Shown: positions 11,901-24,480 of the stretch, piece after piece
Layout: each line of letters starts with the position of its first letter
How positions within the stretch are numbered: position 1 is the stretch's first letter
Source: Eledone cirrhosa
Taxonomy: Eukaryota
Assembly (NCBI GenBank): GCA_964016885.1
Contig: OZ024744.1
Span: forward strand, 13,206,001 to 13,270,000
DNA: 64,000 bases
Direction of reading: 5' to 3'
Program-made: the position numbers and the translations under genes
Notes under the pieces: generated by a model
Database searches by the model: none
What the model saw: the letters and a program-made list of their open reading frames with translations, nothing else
Told to the model about the DNA's origin: nothing

Positions 11901-14900
11901 TGTGGTTAGAACGTCTCAGTAGATCAGAGAGTCACTCCAGTTAAAGCTACTCTCTAAATTGAGAGATGACAACTCCCATACTATGGACATGTCGTTAGAA
12001 TGTCTCAGTAGATCAGAGAGTCACTCCAGTTAAAGCTACTCTCTAAATTGAGAGATCACAACTCCCATACTATGGTCATGTGGTTAGAATGTCTCAGTAG
12101 ATCAGAGAGTCACTCCAGTTAAAGCCACTCTCTAAATTGAGGAATCACAACTCCCATACTATGGACATGTTGTTAGAATGTCTCAGTAGATCAGAGAGTC
12201 ATTCCAGTTAAAGCCACTCTCTAAATTGTGAGATCACAACTCCAATTCTATGGACATGGGGTTTGAAAGTCTCAGTAGATTAGAGTGTCACATCAGTTGA
12301 AGCTACTCTCTAAATTGAGAGATCACAACTCCAATACTATGGACATGTGGTTATAATGTCTCAGTAGATCAGAGTGTCACTCCTGTTAAAGCTACTCTCT
12401 AAATTGAGAGATTACAACTCCCAAACTATGGACATGTGGTTAGAATGTCTCAGTAGATTAGAGTGTCATTCCAGTTAAAGCTACCCTCTAAATTGAGAGA
12501 TCACAACTCCCATACTATGGACATGTGGGTAGAATGTCTCAGTAGATCAGAGAGTCACTCCAGTTAAAGCGACTAATTCTCTAAATTGAGAGATCACATC
12601 TCCCATACTATGGACATGTGGTTAGAATGTCTCAGTAGATCAGAGTGTCATTCCAGTTAAAGCTACTCTCTAAATTGAGAGATCCCAACTCCAATACTAT
12701 GGACATGTGGTTAGAATGTCTCAGTAGATCAGAGTGTCACTCCAGTTAAAGCTACTCTCTAAATTGAGAGATTACAACTCCTATACTATGGACATGGGGT
12801 TAGAATGTCTCAGTAGATCAGAGTGTCACTCCAGTTAAAGCCACTCTCTAAATTGAAACATCACAACTCCCATACTATGGACATGTTGTTAGAATGTCTC
12901 AGTAGATCAGAGAGTCACTCCAGTTAAAGCCACTCTCTAAATTGAGAGATCACAACTCCAATACTATGGACATGGGGTTTGAAAGTTTCAGTAGATTAGA
13001 ATGTCACTCCAGTTAAAGCTACTCTCTAAATTGAGAGATCACAACTCCAATATGATGGACATGGGGTTTGAATGTCTCAGTAGATCAGAGAGTCGCTCAA
13101 GTTAAAGCCACTCTCTAAATTGAGAGATTACAACTCCAATACTATGGATATGTGGTTAGAATGTCTCAGTAGATCAGAGTGTCACTCCAGTTAAAGCTAC
13201 TCTCTAAATTGAGAGATTACAACTCCCATACTATGGACATGTGGTTAGAATGTCTCAGTAGATCAGAGTGTCACTCCAGTTAAAGCCACTCTCTAAATTG
13301 AGAGATCACAACTCCCATACTATGGACATGTGGTTAGAATGTCTCAGTAGATCAGAGAGTCACTCCAGTTAAAGCCACTCTCTAAATTGAGAGATCACAA
13401 CTCCCATACTATGGACATGGGGTTTGAATGTCTCAGTAGATCAGAGAATCACTCCAGTTAAAGCCACTCTCTAAATTGAGAGATCACAACTCCAATACTA
13501 TGGACATGGGGTTTGAATGTCTCAGTAGATCAGAGAGTCGCTCAAGTTAAAGCCACTCTCTAAATTGAGAGATCACAACTCCAATACTATGGACATGTGG
13601 TTAGAATGTCTCAGTAGATCAGAGAGTCACTTCAGTTAAAGCTACTCTCTAAATTGAGAGATCACATCTCCCATACTATGGACATGTGGTTAGAATGTCT
13701 CAGTAGAACAGAGAGTCACTCTTGTTAAAGCTACTCTCTAAATTGAGAGATCACAACTCCCATACTATGGACATGTGGTTAGAATCTCTCAGTAGATCAG
13801 AGAGTCATTCCAGTTAAAGCCACTCTCTAAATTGAGAGATCACAACTCCCACACTATGGACGTGTGGTTAGAATGTATCAGTAGATCAGAGAATCACTCC
13901 AGTTAAAGCTACTCTCTAAATTGAGAGATCACAACTTCCATACTATGGACATGTGGTTAGAACGTCTCAGTAGATCAGAGAGTCACTCCAGTTAAAGCTA
14001 CTCTCTAAATTGAGAGATCACAACTCCCATACTATGGACATGTGGTTAGAATGTCTCAGTAGATTAGAGTGTCTCTCCAGTTAAAGCTACTCTCTAAATT
14101 GAGAGATCACAACTCCCATACTATGGACATGTGGGTCGAATGTCTCAGTAGATCAGAGAGTCACTCAAGTTAAAGCGACTAATTCTCTAAATTGAGAGAT
14201 CACAACTCCAATACTATGGACATGTGGTTAGAATGTCTCAGTAGATCAGAGTGTCACTCCAGTTAAAGCTACTCTCAAAATTGAGAGATCACAACTCCAA
14301 TACTATGGACATGGGGTTTGAAAGTCTCAGTAGATTAGAATGTCACTCCAGTTAAAGCTACTCTCTAAATTGAGAGATCACAACTCCAATATGATGGACA
14401 TGGGGTTTGAATGTCTCAGTAGATCAGAGAGTCGCTGAAGTTAAAGCCACTCTCTAAATTGAGAGATCACAACTCCAATACTATGGACATGTGGTTAGAA
14501 TGTCTCAGTAGATCAGAGTGTCACTCCAGTTAAAGCTACTCTCTAAATTGAGAGATTACAACTCCCATACTATGGACATGTGGTTAGAATGTCTCAGTAG
14601 ATTAGAGTGTCATTCCAGTTAAAGCTACTCTCTAAATTGAGAGATCACAACTCCCATACTATGGACATGTGGGTAGAATGTCTCAGTAGATCAGAGAGTC
14701 ACTCCAGTTAAAGCGACTAATTCTCTAAATTGAGAGATCACAACTCCCATACTATGGACATGTGGTTAGAATGTCTCAGTAGATCAGAGAGTCACTCCAG
14801 TTAAAGCTACTCTCTAAATTGAGAGATCACATCTCCCATACTATGGACATGTGGTTAGAATGTCTCAGTAGAACAGAGAGTCACTCTTGTTAAAGCTACT

Positions 14901-17900
14901 CTCTAAATTGAGAGATCACAACTCCCATCCTATGGACATGTGGTTAGAATCTCTCAGTAGATCAGAGAGTCATTCCAGTTAAAGCCACTCTCTAAATTGA
15001 GAGATCACAACTCCCATACTATGGACGTGTGGTTAGAATGTATCAGTAGATCAGAGAATCACTCCAGTTAAAGCTACTCTCTAAATTGAGAGATCACAAC
15101 TCCCATACTATGGACATGTGGTTAGAACGTCTCAGTAGATCAGAGAGTCACTCCAGTTAAAGCTACTCTCTAAATTGAGAGATGACAACTCCCATACTAT
15201 GGACATGTCGTTAGAATGTCTCAGTAGATCAGAGAGTCACTCCAGTTAAAGCTACTCTCTAAATTGAGAGATCACAACTCCCATACTATGGTCATGTGGT
15301 TAGAATGTCTCAGTAGATCAGAGAGTCACTCCAGTTAAAGCCACTCTCTAAATTGAGGAATCACAACTCCCATACTATGGACATGTTGTTAGAATGTCTC
15401 AGTAGATCAGAGAGTCATTCCAGTTAAAGCCACTCTCTAAATTGTGAGATCACAACTCCAATTCTATGGACATGGGGTTTGAAAGTCTCAGTAGATTAGA
15501 GTGTCACATCAGTTGAAGCTACTCTCTAAATTGAGAGATCACAACTCCAATACTATGGACATGTGGTTATAATGTCTCAGTAGATCAGAGTGTCACTCCT
15601 GTTAAAGCTACTCTCTAAATTGAGAGATTACAACTCCCAAACTATGGACATGTGGTTAGAATGTCTCAGTAGATTAGAGTGTCATTCCAGTTAAAGCTAC
15701 CCTCTAAATTGAGAGATCACAACTCCCATACTATGGACATGTGGGTAGAATGTCTCAGTAGATCAGAGAGTCACTCCAGTTAAAGCGACTAATTCTCTAA
15801 ATTGAGAGATCACATCTCCCATACTATGGACATGTGGTTAGAATGTCTCAGTAGATCAGAGTGTCATTCCAGTTAAAGCTACTCTCTAAATTGAGAGATC
15901 ACAACTCCAATACTATGGACATGTGGTTAGAATGTCTCAGTAGATCAGAGTGTCACTCCAGTTAAAGCTACTCTCTAAATTGAGAGATTACAACTCCTAT
16001 ACTATGGACATGGGGTTAGAATGTCTCAGTAGATCAGAGTGTCACTCCAGTTAAAGCCACTCTCTAAATTGAAACATCACAACTCCCATACTATGGACAT
16101 GTTGTTAGAATGTCTCAGTAGATCAGAGAGTCACTCCAGTTAAAGCCACTCTCTAAATTGAGAGATCACAACTCCAATACTATGGACATGGGGTTTGAAA
16201 GTTTCAGTAGATTAGAATGTTACTCCAGTTAAAGCTACTCTCTAAATTGAGAGATCACAACTCCAATATGATGGACATGGGGTTTGAATGTCTCAGTAGA
16301 TCAGAGAGTCGCTCAAGTTAAAGCCACTCTCTAAATTGAGAGATCACAACTCCAATACTATGGATATGTGGTTAGAATGTCTCAGTAGATCAGAGTGTCA
16401 CTCCAGTTAAAGCTACTCTCTAAATTGAGAGATTACAACTCCCATACTATGGACATGTGGTTAGAATGTCTCAGTAGATCAGAGTGTCACTCCAGTTAAA
16501 GCCACTCTCTAAATTGAGAGATCACAACTCCCATACTATGGACATGTGGTTAGAATGTCTCAGTAGATCAGAGAGTCACTCCAGTTAAAGCCACTCTCTA
16601 AATTGAGAGATCACAACTCCCATACTATGGACATGGGGTTTGAATGTCTCAGTAGATCAGAGAATCACTCCAGTTAAAGCCACTCTCTAAATTGAGAGAT
16701 CACAACTCCAATACTATGGACATGGGGTTTGAATGTCTCAGTAGATCAGAGAGTCGCTCAAGTTAAAGCCACTCTCTAAATTGAGAGATCACAACTCCAA
16801 TACTATGGACATGTGGTTAGAATGTCTCAATAGATCAGAGAGTCACTTCAGTTAAAGCTACTCTCTAAATTGAGAGATCACATCTCCCATACTATGGACA
16901 TGTGGTTAGAATGTCTCAGTAGAACAGAGAGTCACTCTTGTTAAAGCTACTCTCTAAATTGAGAGATCACAACTCCCATACTATGGACATGTGGTTAGAA
17001 TCTCTCAGTAGATCAGAGAGTCATTCCAGTTAAAGCCACTCTCTAAATTGAGAGATCACAACTCCCACACTATGGACGTGTGGTTAGAATGTATCAGTAG
17101 ATCAGAGAATCACTCCAGTTAAAGCTACTCTCTAAATTGAGAGATCACAACTCCCATACTATGGACATGTGGTTAGAACGTCTCAGTAGATCAGAGAGTC
17201 ACTCCAGTTAAAGCTACTCTCTAAATTGAGAGATCACAACTCCCATACTATGGACATGTGGTTAGAATGTCTCAGTAGATTAGAGTGTCTTTCCAGTTAA
17301 AGCTACTCTCTAAATTGAGAGATCACAACTCCCATACTATGGACATGTGGGTCGAATGTCTCAGTAGATCAGAGAGTCACTCAAGTTAAAGCGACTAATT
17401 CTCTAAATTGAGAGATCACAACTCCAATACTATGGACATGTGGTTAGAATGTCTCAGTAGATCAGAGTGTCACTCCAGTTAAAGCTACTCTCAAAATTGA
17501 GAGATCACAACTCCAATACTATGGACATGGGGTTTGAAAGTCTCAGTAGATTAGAATGTCACTCCAGTTAAAGCTACTCTCTAAATTGAGAGATCACAAC
17601 TCCAATATGATGGACATGGGGTTTGAATGTCTCAGTAGATCAGAGAGTCGCTGAAGTTAAAGCCACTCTCTAAATTGAGAGATCACAACTCCAATACTAT
17701 GGACATGTGGTTAGAATGTCTCAGTAGATCAGAGTGTCACTCCAGTTAAAGCTACTCTCTAAATTGAGAGATTACAACTCCCATACTATGGACATGTGGT
17801 TAGAATGTCTCAGTAGATTAGAGTGTCATTCCAGTTAAAGCTACTCTCTAAATTGAGAGATCACAACTCCCATACTATGGACATGTGGGTAGAATGTCTC

Positions 17901-18570
17901 AGTAGATCAGAGAGTCACTCCAGTTAAAGCGACTAATTCTCTAAATTGAGAGATCACAACTCCCATACTATGGACATGTGGTTAGAATGTCTCAGTAGAT
18001 CAGAGAGTCACTCCAGTTAAAGCTACTCTCTAAATTGAGAGATCACATCTCCCATACTATGGACATGTGGTTAGAATGTCTCAGTAGAACAGAGAGTCAC
18101 TCTTGTTAAAGCTACTCTCTAAATTGAGAGATCACAACTCCCATACTATGGACATGTGGTTAGAATCTCTCAGTAGATCAGAGAGTCATTCCAGTTAAAG
18201 CCACTCTCTAAATTGAGAGATCACAACTCCCATACTATGGACGTGTGGTTAGAATGTATCAGTAGATCAGAGAATCACTCCAGTTAAAGCTACTCTCTAA
18301 ATTGAGAGATCACAACTCCCATACTATGGACATGTGGTTAGAACGTCTCAGTAGATCAGAGAGTCACTCCAGTTAAAGCTACTCTCTAAATTGAGAGATC
18401 ACAACTCCCATACTATGGACATGTGGTTAGAATGTCTCAGTAGATCAGAGAGTCACTCCAGTTAAAGCTACTCTCTAAATTGAGAGATCACAACTCCCAT
18501 ACTATGGTCATGTGGTTAGAATGTCTCAGTAGATCAGAGAGTCACTCCAGTTAAAGCCACTCTCTAAATT
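8903..18570. repeat. 36-monomer higher-order repeat (3216 bp), 3 tandem copies
   Basis: TTGAGGAATC at 8921/12137/15353, CACATCAG at 9073/12289/15505, and GTCGAATG at 10919/14135/17351. Offset 3216=36x89+12. Confidence 0.92.
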
Positions 18571-21200
18571 GAGAGATCACAACTCCCATACTATGGACAT
18601 GTGGTTAGAATGTCTCAGTAGATCAGAAAGACACTCCAGCTAAAGCTACACTCTAAATTGTGAGATCACAACTCCTATACTATGGAGATAGGGTTAGAAT
18701 GTCTCAGTAGATCAGAGTGTCACTCCAGTTAAAGCCACTCTCTAAATTGAGAGATCACAACTCCAATACTATGGACATGTGGTTAGAATGTCTCAGTAGA
18801 TCAGAGTGTCACTCCAGTTAAAGCTACTCTCTAAATTGAGAGATTACAACTCCCATACTATGGACATGTGGTTAGAATGTCTCAGTAGATCAGAGTGTCA
18901 CTCCAGTTAAAGCCACTCTCTAAATTGAGAGATCACAACTCCCATACTATGGACATGTGGTTAGAATGTCTCAGTAGATCAGAGAGTCACTCCAGTTAAA
19001 GCCACTCTCTAAATTGAGAGATCACAACTCCCATACTATGGACATGGGGTTTGAATGTCTCAGTAGATCAGAGAATCACTCCAGTTAAAGCCACTCTCTA
19101 AATTGAGAGATCACAACTCCAATACTATGGACATGGGGTTTGAATGTCTCAGTAGATCAGAGAGTCGCTCAAGTTAAAGCCACTCTCTAAATTGAGAGAT
19201 CACAACTCCAATACTATGGACATGTGGTTAGAATGTCTCAGTAGATCAGAGAGTCACTTCAGTTAAAGCTACTCTCTAAATTGAGAGATCACATCTCCCA
19301 TACTATGGACATGTGGTTAGAATGTCTCAGTAGAACAGAGAGTCACTCTTGTTAAAGCTACTCTCTAAATTGAGAGATCACAACTCCCATACTATGGACA
19401 TGTGGTTAGAATCTCTCAGTAGATCAGAGAGTCATTCCAGTTAAAGCCACTCTCTAAATTGAGAGATCACAACTCCCACACTATGGACGTGTGGTTAGAA
19501 TGTATCAGTAGATCAGAGAATCACTCCAGTTAAAGCTACTCTCTAAATTGAGAGATCACAACTTCCATACTATGGACATGTGGTTAGAACGTCTCAGTAG
19601 ATCAGAGAGTCACTCCAGTTAAAGCTACTCTCTAAATTGAGAGATCACAACTCCCATACTATGGACATGTGGTTAGAATGTCTCAGTAGATTAGAGTGTC
19701 TTTCCAGTTAAAGCTACTCTCTAAATTGAGAGATCACAACTCCCATACTATGGACATGTGGGTCGAATGTCTCAGTAGATCAGAGAGTCACTCAAGTTAA
19801 AGCGACTAATTCTCTAAATTGAGAGATCACAACTCCAATACTATGGACATGTGGTTAGAATGTCTCAGTAGATCAGAGTGTCACTCCAGTTAAAGCTACT
19901 CTCAAAATTGAGAGATCACAACTCCAATACTATGGACATGGGGTTTGAAAGTCTCAGTAGATTAGAATGTCACTCCAGTTAAAGCTACTCTCTAAATTGA
20001 GAGATCACAACTCCAATATGATGGACATGGGGTTTGAATGTCTCAGTAGATCAGAGAGTCGCTGAAGTTAAAGCCACTCTCTAAATTGAGAGATCACAAC
20101 TCCAATACTATGGACATGTGGTTAGAATGTCTCAGTAGATCAGAGTGTCACTCCAGTTAAAGCTACTCTCTAAATTGAGAGATTACAACTCCCATACTAT
20201 GGACATGTGGTTAGAATGTCTCAGTAGATTAGAGTGTCATTCCAGTTAAAGCTACTCTCTAAATTGAGAGATCACAACTCCCATACTATGGACATGTGGG
20301 TAGAATGTCTCAGTAGATCAGAGAGTCACTCCAGTTAAAGCGACTAATTCTCTAAATTGAGAGATCACAACTCCCATACTATGGACATGTGGTTAGAATG
20401 TCTCAGTAGATCAGAGAGTCACTCCAGTTAAAGCTACTCTCTAAATTGAGAGATCACATCTCCCATACTATGGACATGTGGTTAGAATGTCTCAGTAGAA
20501 CAGAGAGTCACTCTTGTTAAAGCTACTCTCTAAATTGAGAGATCACAACTCCCATACTATGGACATGTGGTTAGAATCTCTCAGTAGATCAGAGAGTCAT
20601 TCCAGTTAAAGCCACTCTCTAAATTGAGAGATCACAACTCCCATACTATGGACGTGTGGTTAGAATGTATCAGTAGATCAGAGAATCACCCCAGTTAAAG
20701 CTACTCTCTAAATTGAGAGATCACAACTCCCATACTATGGACATGTGGTTAGAACGTCTCAGTAGATCAGAGAGTCACTCCAGTTAAAGCTACTCTCTAA
20801 ATTGAGAGATCACAACTCCCATACTATGGACATGTGGTTAGAATGTCTCAGTAGATCAGAGAGTCACTCCAGTTAAAGCTACTCTCTAAATTGAGAGATC
20901 ACAACTCCCATACTATGGTCATGTGGTTAGAATGTCTCAGTAGATCAGAGAGTCACTCCAGTTAAAGCCACTCTCTAAATTGAGAGATCACAACTCCCAT
21001 ACTATGGACATGTGGTTAGAATGTCTCAGTAGATCAGAAAGACACTCCAGCTAAAGCTACACTCTAAATTGTGAGATCACAACTCCTATACTATGGAGAT
21101 AGGGTTAGAATGTCTCAGTAGATCAGAGTGTCACTCCAGTTAAAGCCACTCTCTAAATTGAGAGATCACAACTCCAATACTATGGACATGTGGTTAGAAT
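16320..21200. repeat. 27-monomer duplication (2411 bp), overlapping the third 36-mer copy
   Basis: GTCGAATG at 17351 and 19762. GACACTCCAGCT at 18630 and 21041. Offset 2411=27x89+8. Confidence 0.85.
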
Positions 21201-24200
21201 GTCTCAGTAGATCAGAGAGTCACTCCAGTTAAAGCCACTCTCTAAATTGAGAGATCACAACTCCAATACTATGGACATGGGGTTTGAATGTCTCAGTAGA
21301 TCAGAGAGTCGCTCAAGTTAAGGCCACTCTCTAAATTGAGAGATCACAACTCCAATACTATGGACATGTGGTTAGAATGTGTCAGTAGATCAGAGAGTCA
21401 CTTCAGTTAAAGCTACTCTCTAAATTGAGAGATCACAACTCCTATACTATGGACATGGGGTTAGAATGTCTCAGTAGATCAGAGTGTCACTCCTGTTAAA
21501 GCCACTCTCTAAATTGAGGAATCACAACTCCCATACTATGGACATGTTGTTAGAATGTCTCAGTAGATCAGAGAGTCATTCCAGTTAAAGCCACTCTCTA
21601 AATTGTGAGATCACAACTCCAATTCTATGGACATGGGGTTTGAAAGTCTCAGTAGATTAGAGTGTCACATCAGTTGAAGCTACTCTCTAAATTGAGAGAT
21701 CACAACTCCAATACTATGGACATGTGGTTATAATGTCTCAGTAGATCAGAGTGTCACTCCTGTTAAAGCTACTCTCTAAATTGAGAGATTACAACTCCCA
21801 AACTATGGACATGTGGTTAGAATGTCTCAGTAGATTAGAGTGTCATTCCAGTTAAAGCTACCCTCTAAATTGAGAGTTCACAACTCCCATACTATGGACA
21901 TGTGGGTAGAATGTCTCAGTAGATCAGAGAGTCACTCCAGTTAAAGCGACTAATTCTCTAAATTGAGAGATCACATCTCCCATACTATGGACATGTGGTT
22001 AGAATGTCTCAGTAGATCAGAGTGTCATTCCAGTTAAAGCTACTCTCTAAATTGAGAGATCACAACTCCAATACTATGGACATGGGGTTAGAATGTCTCA
22101 GTAGATCAGAGTGTCACTCCAGTTAAAGCCACTCTCTAAATTGAAACATCACAACTCCAATATGATGGACATGGGGTTTGAATGTCTCAGTAGATCAGAG
22201 AGTCGCTCAAGTTAAAGCCACTCTCTAAATTGAGAGATCACAACTCCAATACTATGGACATGTGGTTAGAATGTCTCAGTAGATCAGAGAGTCACTTCAG
22301 TTAAAGCTACTCTCTAAATTGAGAGATCACATCTCCCATACTATGGACATGTGGTTAGAATGTCTCAGTAGAACAGAGAGTCACTCTTGTTAAAGCTACT
22401 CTCTAAATTGAGAGATCACAACTCCCATACTATGGACATGTGGTTAGAATCTCTCAGTAGATCAGAGAGTCATTCCAGTTAAAGCCACTCTCTAAATTGA
22501 GAGATCACAACTCCCATACTATGGACGTGTGGTTAGAATGTATCAGTAGATCAGAGAATCACTCCAGTTAAAGCTACTCTCTAAATTGAGAGATCACAAC
22601 TTCCATACTATGGACATGTGGTTAGAACGTCTCAGTAGATCAGAGAGTCACTCCAGTTAAAGCTACTCTCTAAATTGAGAGATCACAACTCCCATACTAT
22701 GGACATGTGGTTAGAATGTCTCAGTAGATTAAAGTGTCTTTCCAGTTAAAGCTACTCTCTAAATTGAGAGATCACAACTCCCATACTATGGACATGTGGG
22801 TCGAATGTCTCAGTAGATCAGAGAGTCACTCAAGTTAAAGCGACTAATTCTCTAAATTGAGAGATCACAACTCCAATACTATGGACATGTGGTTAGAATG
22901 TCTCAGTAGATCAGAGTGTCACTCCAGTTAAAGCTACTCTCAAAATTGAGAGATCACAACTCCAATACTATGGACATGGGGTTTGAAAGTCTCAGTAGAT
23001 TAGAATGTCACTCCAGTTAAAGCTACTCTCTAAATTGAGAGATCACAACTCCAATATGATGGACATGGGGTTTGAATGTCTCAGTAGATCAGAGAGTCGC
23101 TGAAGTTAAAGCCACTCTCTAAATTGAGAGATCACAACTCCAATACTATGGACATGTGGTTAGAATGTCTCAGTAGATCAGAGTGTCACTCCAGTTAAAG
23201 CTACTCTCTAAATTGAGAGATTACAACTCCCATACTATGGACATGTGATTAGAATGTCTCAGTAGATTAGAGTGTCATTCCAGTTAAAGCTACTCTCTAA
23301 ATTGAGAGATCACAACTCCCATACTATGGACATGTGGGTAGAATGTCTCAGTAGATCAGAGAGTCACTCCAGTTAAAGCGACTAATTCTCTAAATTGAGA
23401 GATCACAACTCCCATACTATGGACATGTGGTTAGAATGTCTCAGTAGATCAGAGAGTCACTCCAGTTAAAGCTACTCTCTAAATTGAGAGATCACATCTC
23501 CCATACTATGGACATGTGGTTAGAATGTCTCAGTAGAACAGAGAGTCACTCTTGTTAAAGCTACTCTCTAAATTGAGAGATCACAACTCCCATACTATGG
23601 ACATGTGGTTAGAATCTCTCAGTAGATCAGAGAGTCATTCCAGTTAAAGCCACTCTCTAAATTGAGAGATCACAACTCCCATACTATGGACGTGTGGTTA
23701 GAATGTATCAGTAGATCAGAGAATCACTCCAGTTAAAGCTACTCTCTAAATTGAGAGATCACAACTCCCATACTATGGACATGTGGTTAGAACGTCTCAG
23801 TAGATCAGAGAGTCACTCCAGTTAAAGCTACTCTTTAAATTGAGAGATCACAACTCCCATACTATGGACATGTGGTTAGAATGTCTCAGTAGATCAGAGA
23901 GTCACTCCAGTTAAAGCTACTCTCTAAATTGAGAGATCACAACTCCCATACTATGGTCATGTGGTTAGAATGTCTCAGTAGATCAGAGAGTCACTCCAGT
24001 TAAAGCCACTCTCTAAATTGAGAGATCACAACTCCCATACTATGGACATGTGGTTAGAATGTCTCAGTAGATCAGAAAGACACTCCAGCTAAAGCTACAC
24101 TCTAAATTGTGAGATCACAACTCCTATACTATGGAGATAGGGTTAGAATGTCTCAGTAGATCAGAGTGTCACTCCAGTTAAAGCCACTCTCTAAATTGAG

Positions 24201-24480
24201 AGATCACAACTCCAATACTATGGACATGTGGTTAGAATGTCTCAGTAGATCAGAGAGTCACTCCAGTTAAAGCCACTCTCTAAATTGAGAGATCACAACT
24301 CCAATACTATGGACATGGGGTTTGAATGTCTCAGTAGATCAGAGAGTCGCTCAAGTTAAGGCCACTCTCTAAATTGAGAGATCACAACTCCAATACTATG
24401 GACATGTGGTTAGAATGTGTCAGTAGATCAGAGAGTCACTTCAGTTAAAGCTACTCTCTAAATTGAGAGATCACAACTCC
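19150..24480. repeat. Related block repeated at 34-monomer spacing (3038 bp)
   Basis: GTCGAATG at 19762 and 22800. GACACTCCAGCT at 21041 and 24079. Offset 3038=34x89+12. Boundaries are approximate. Confidence 0.8.
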
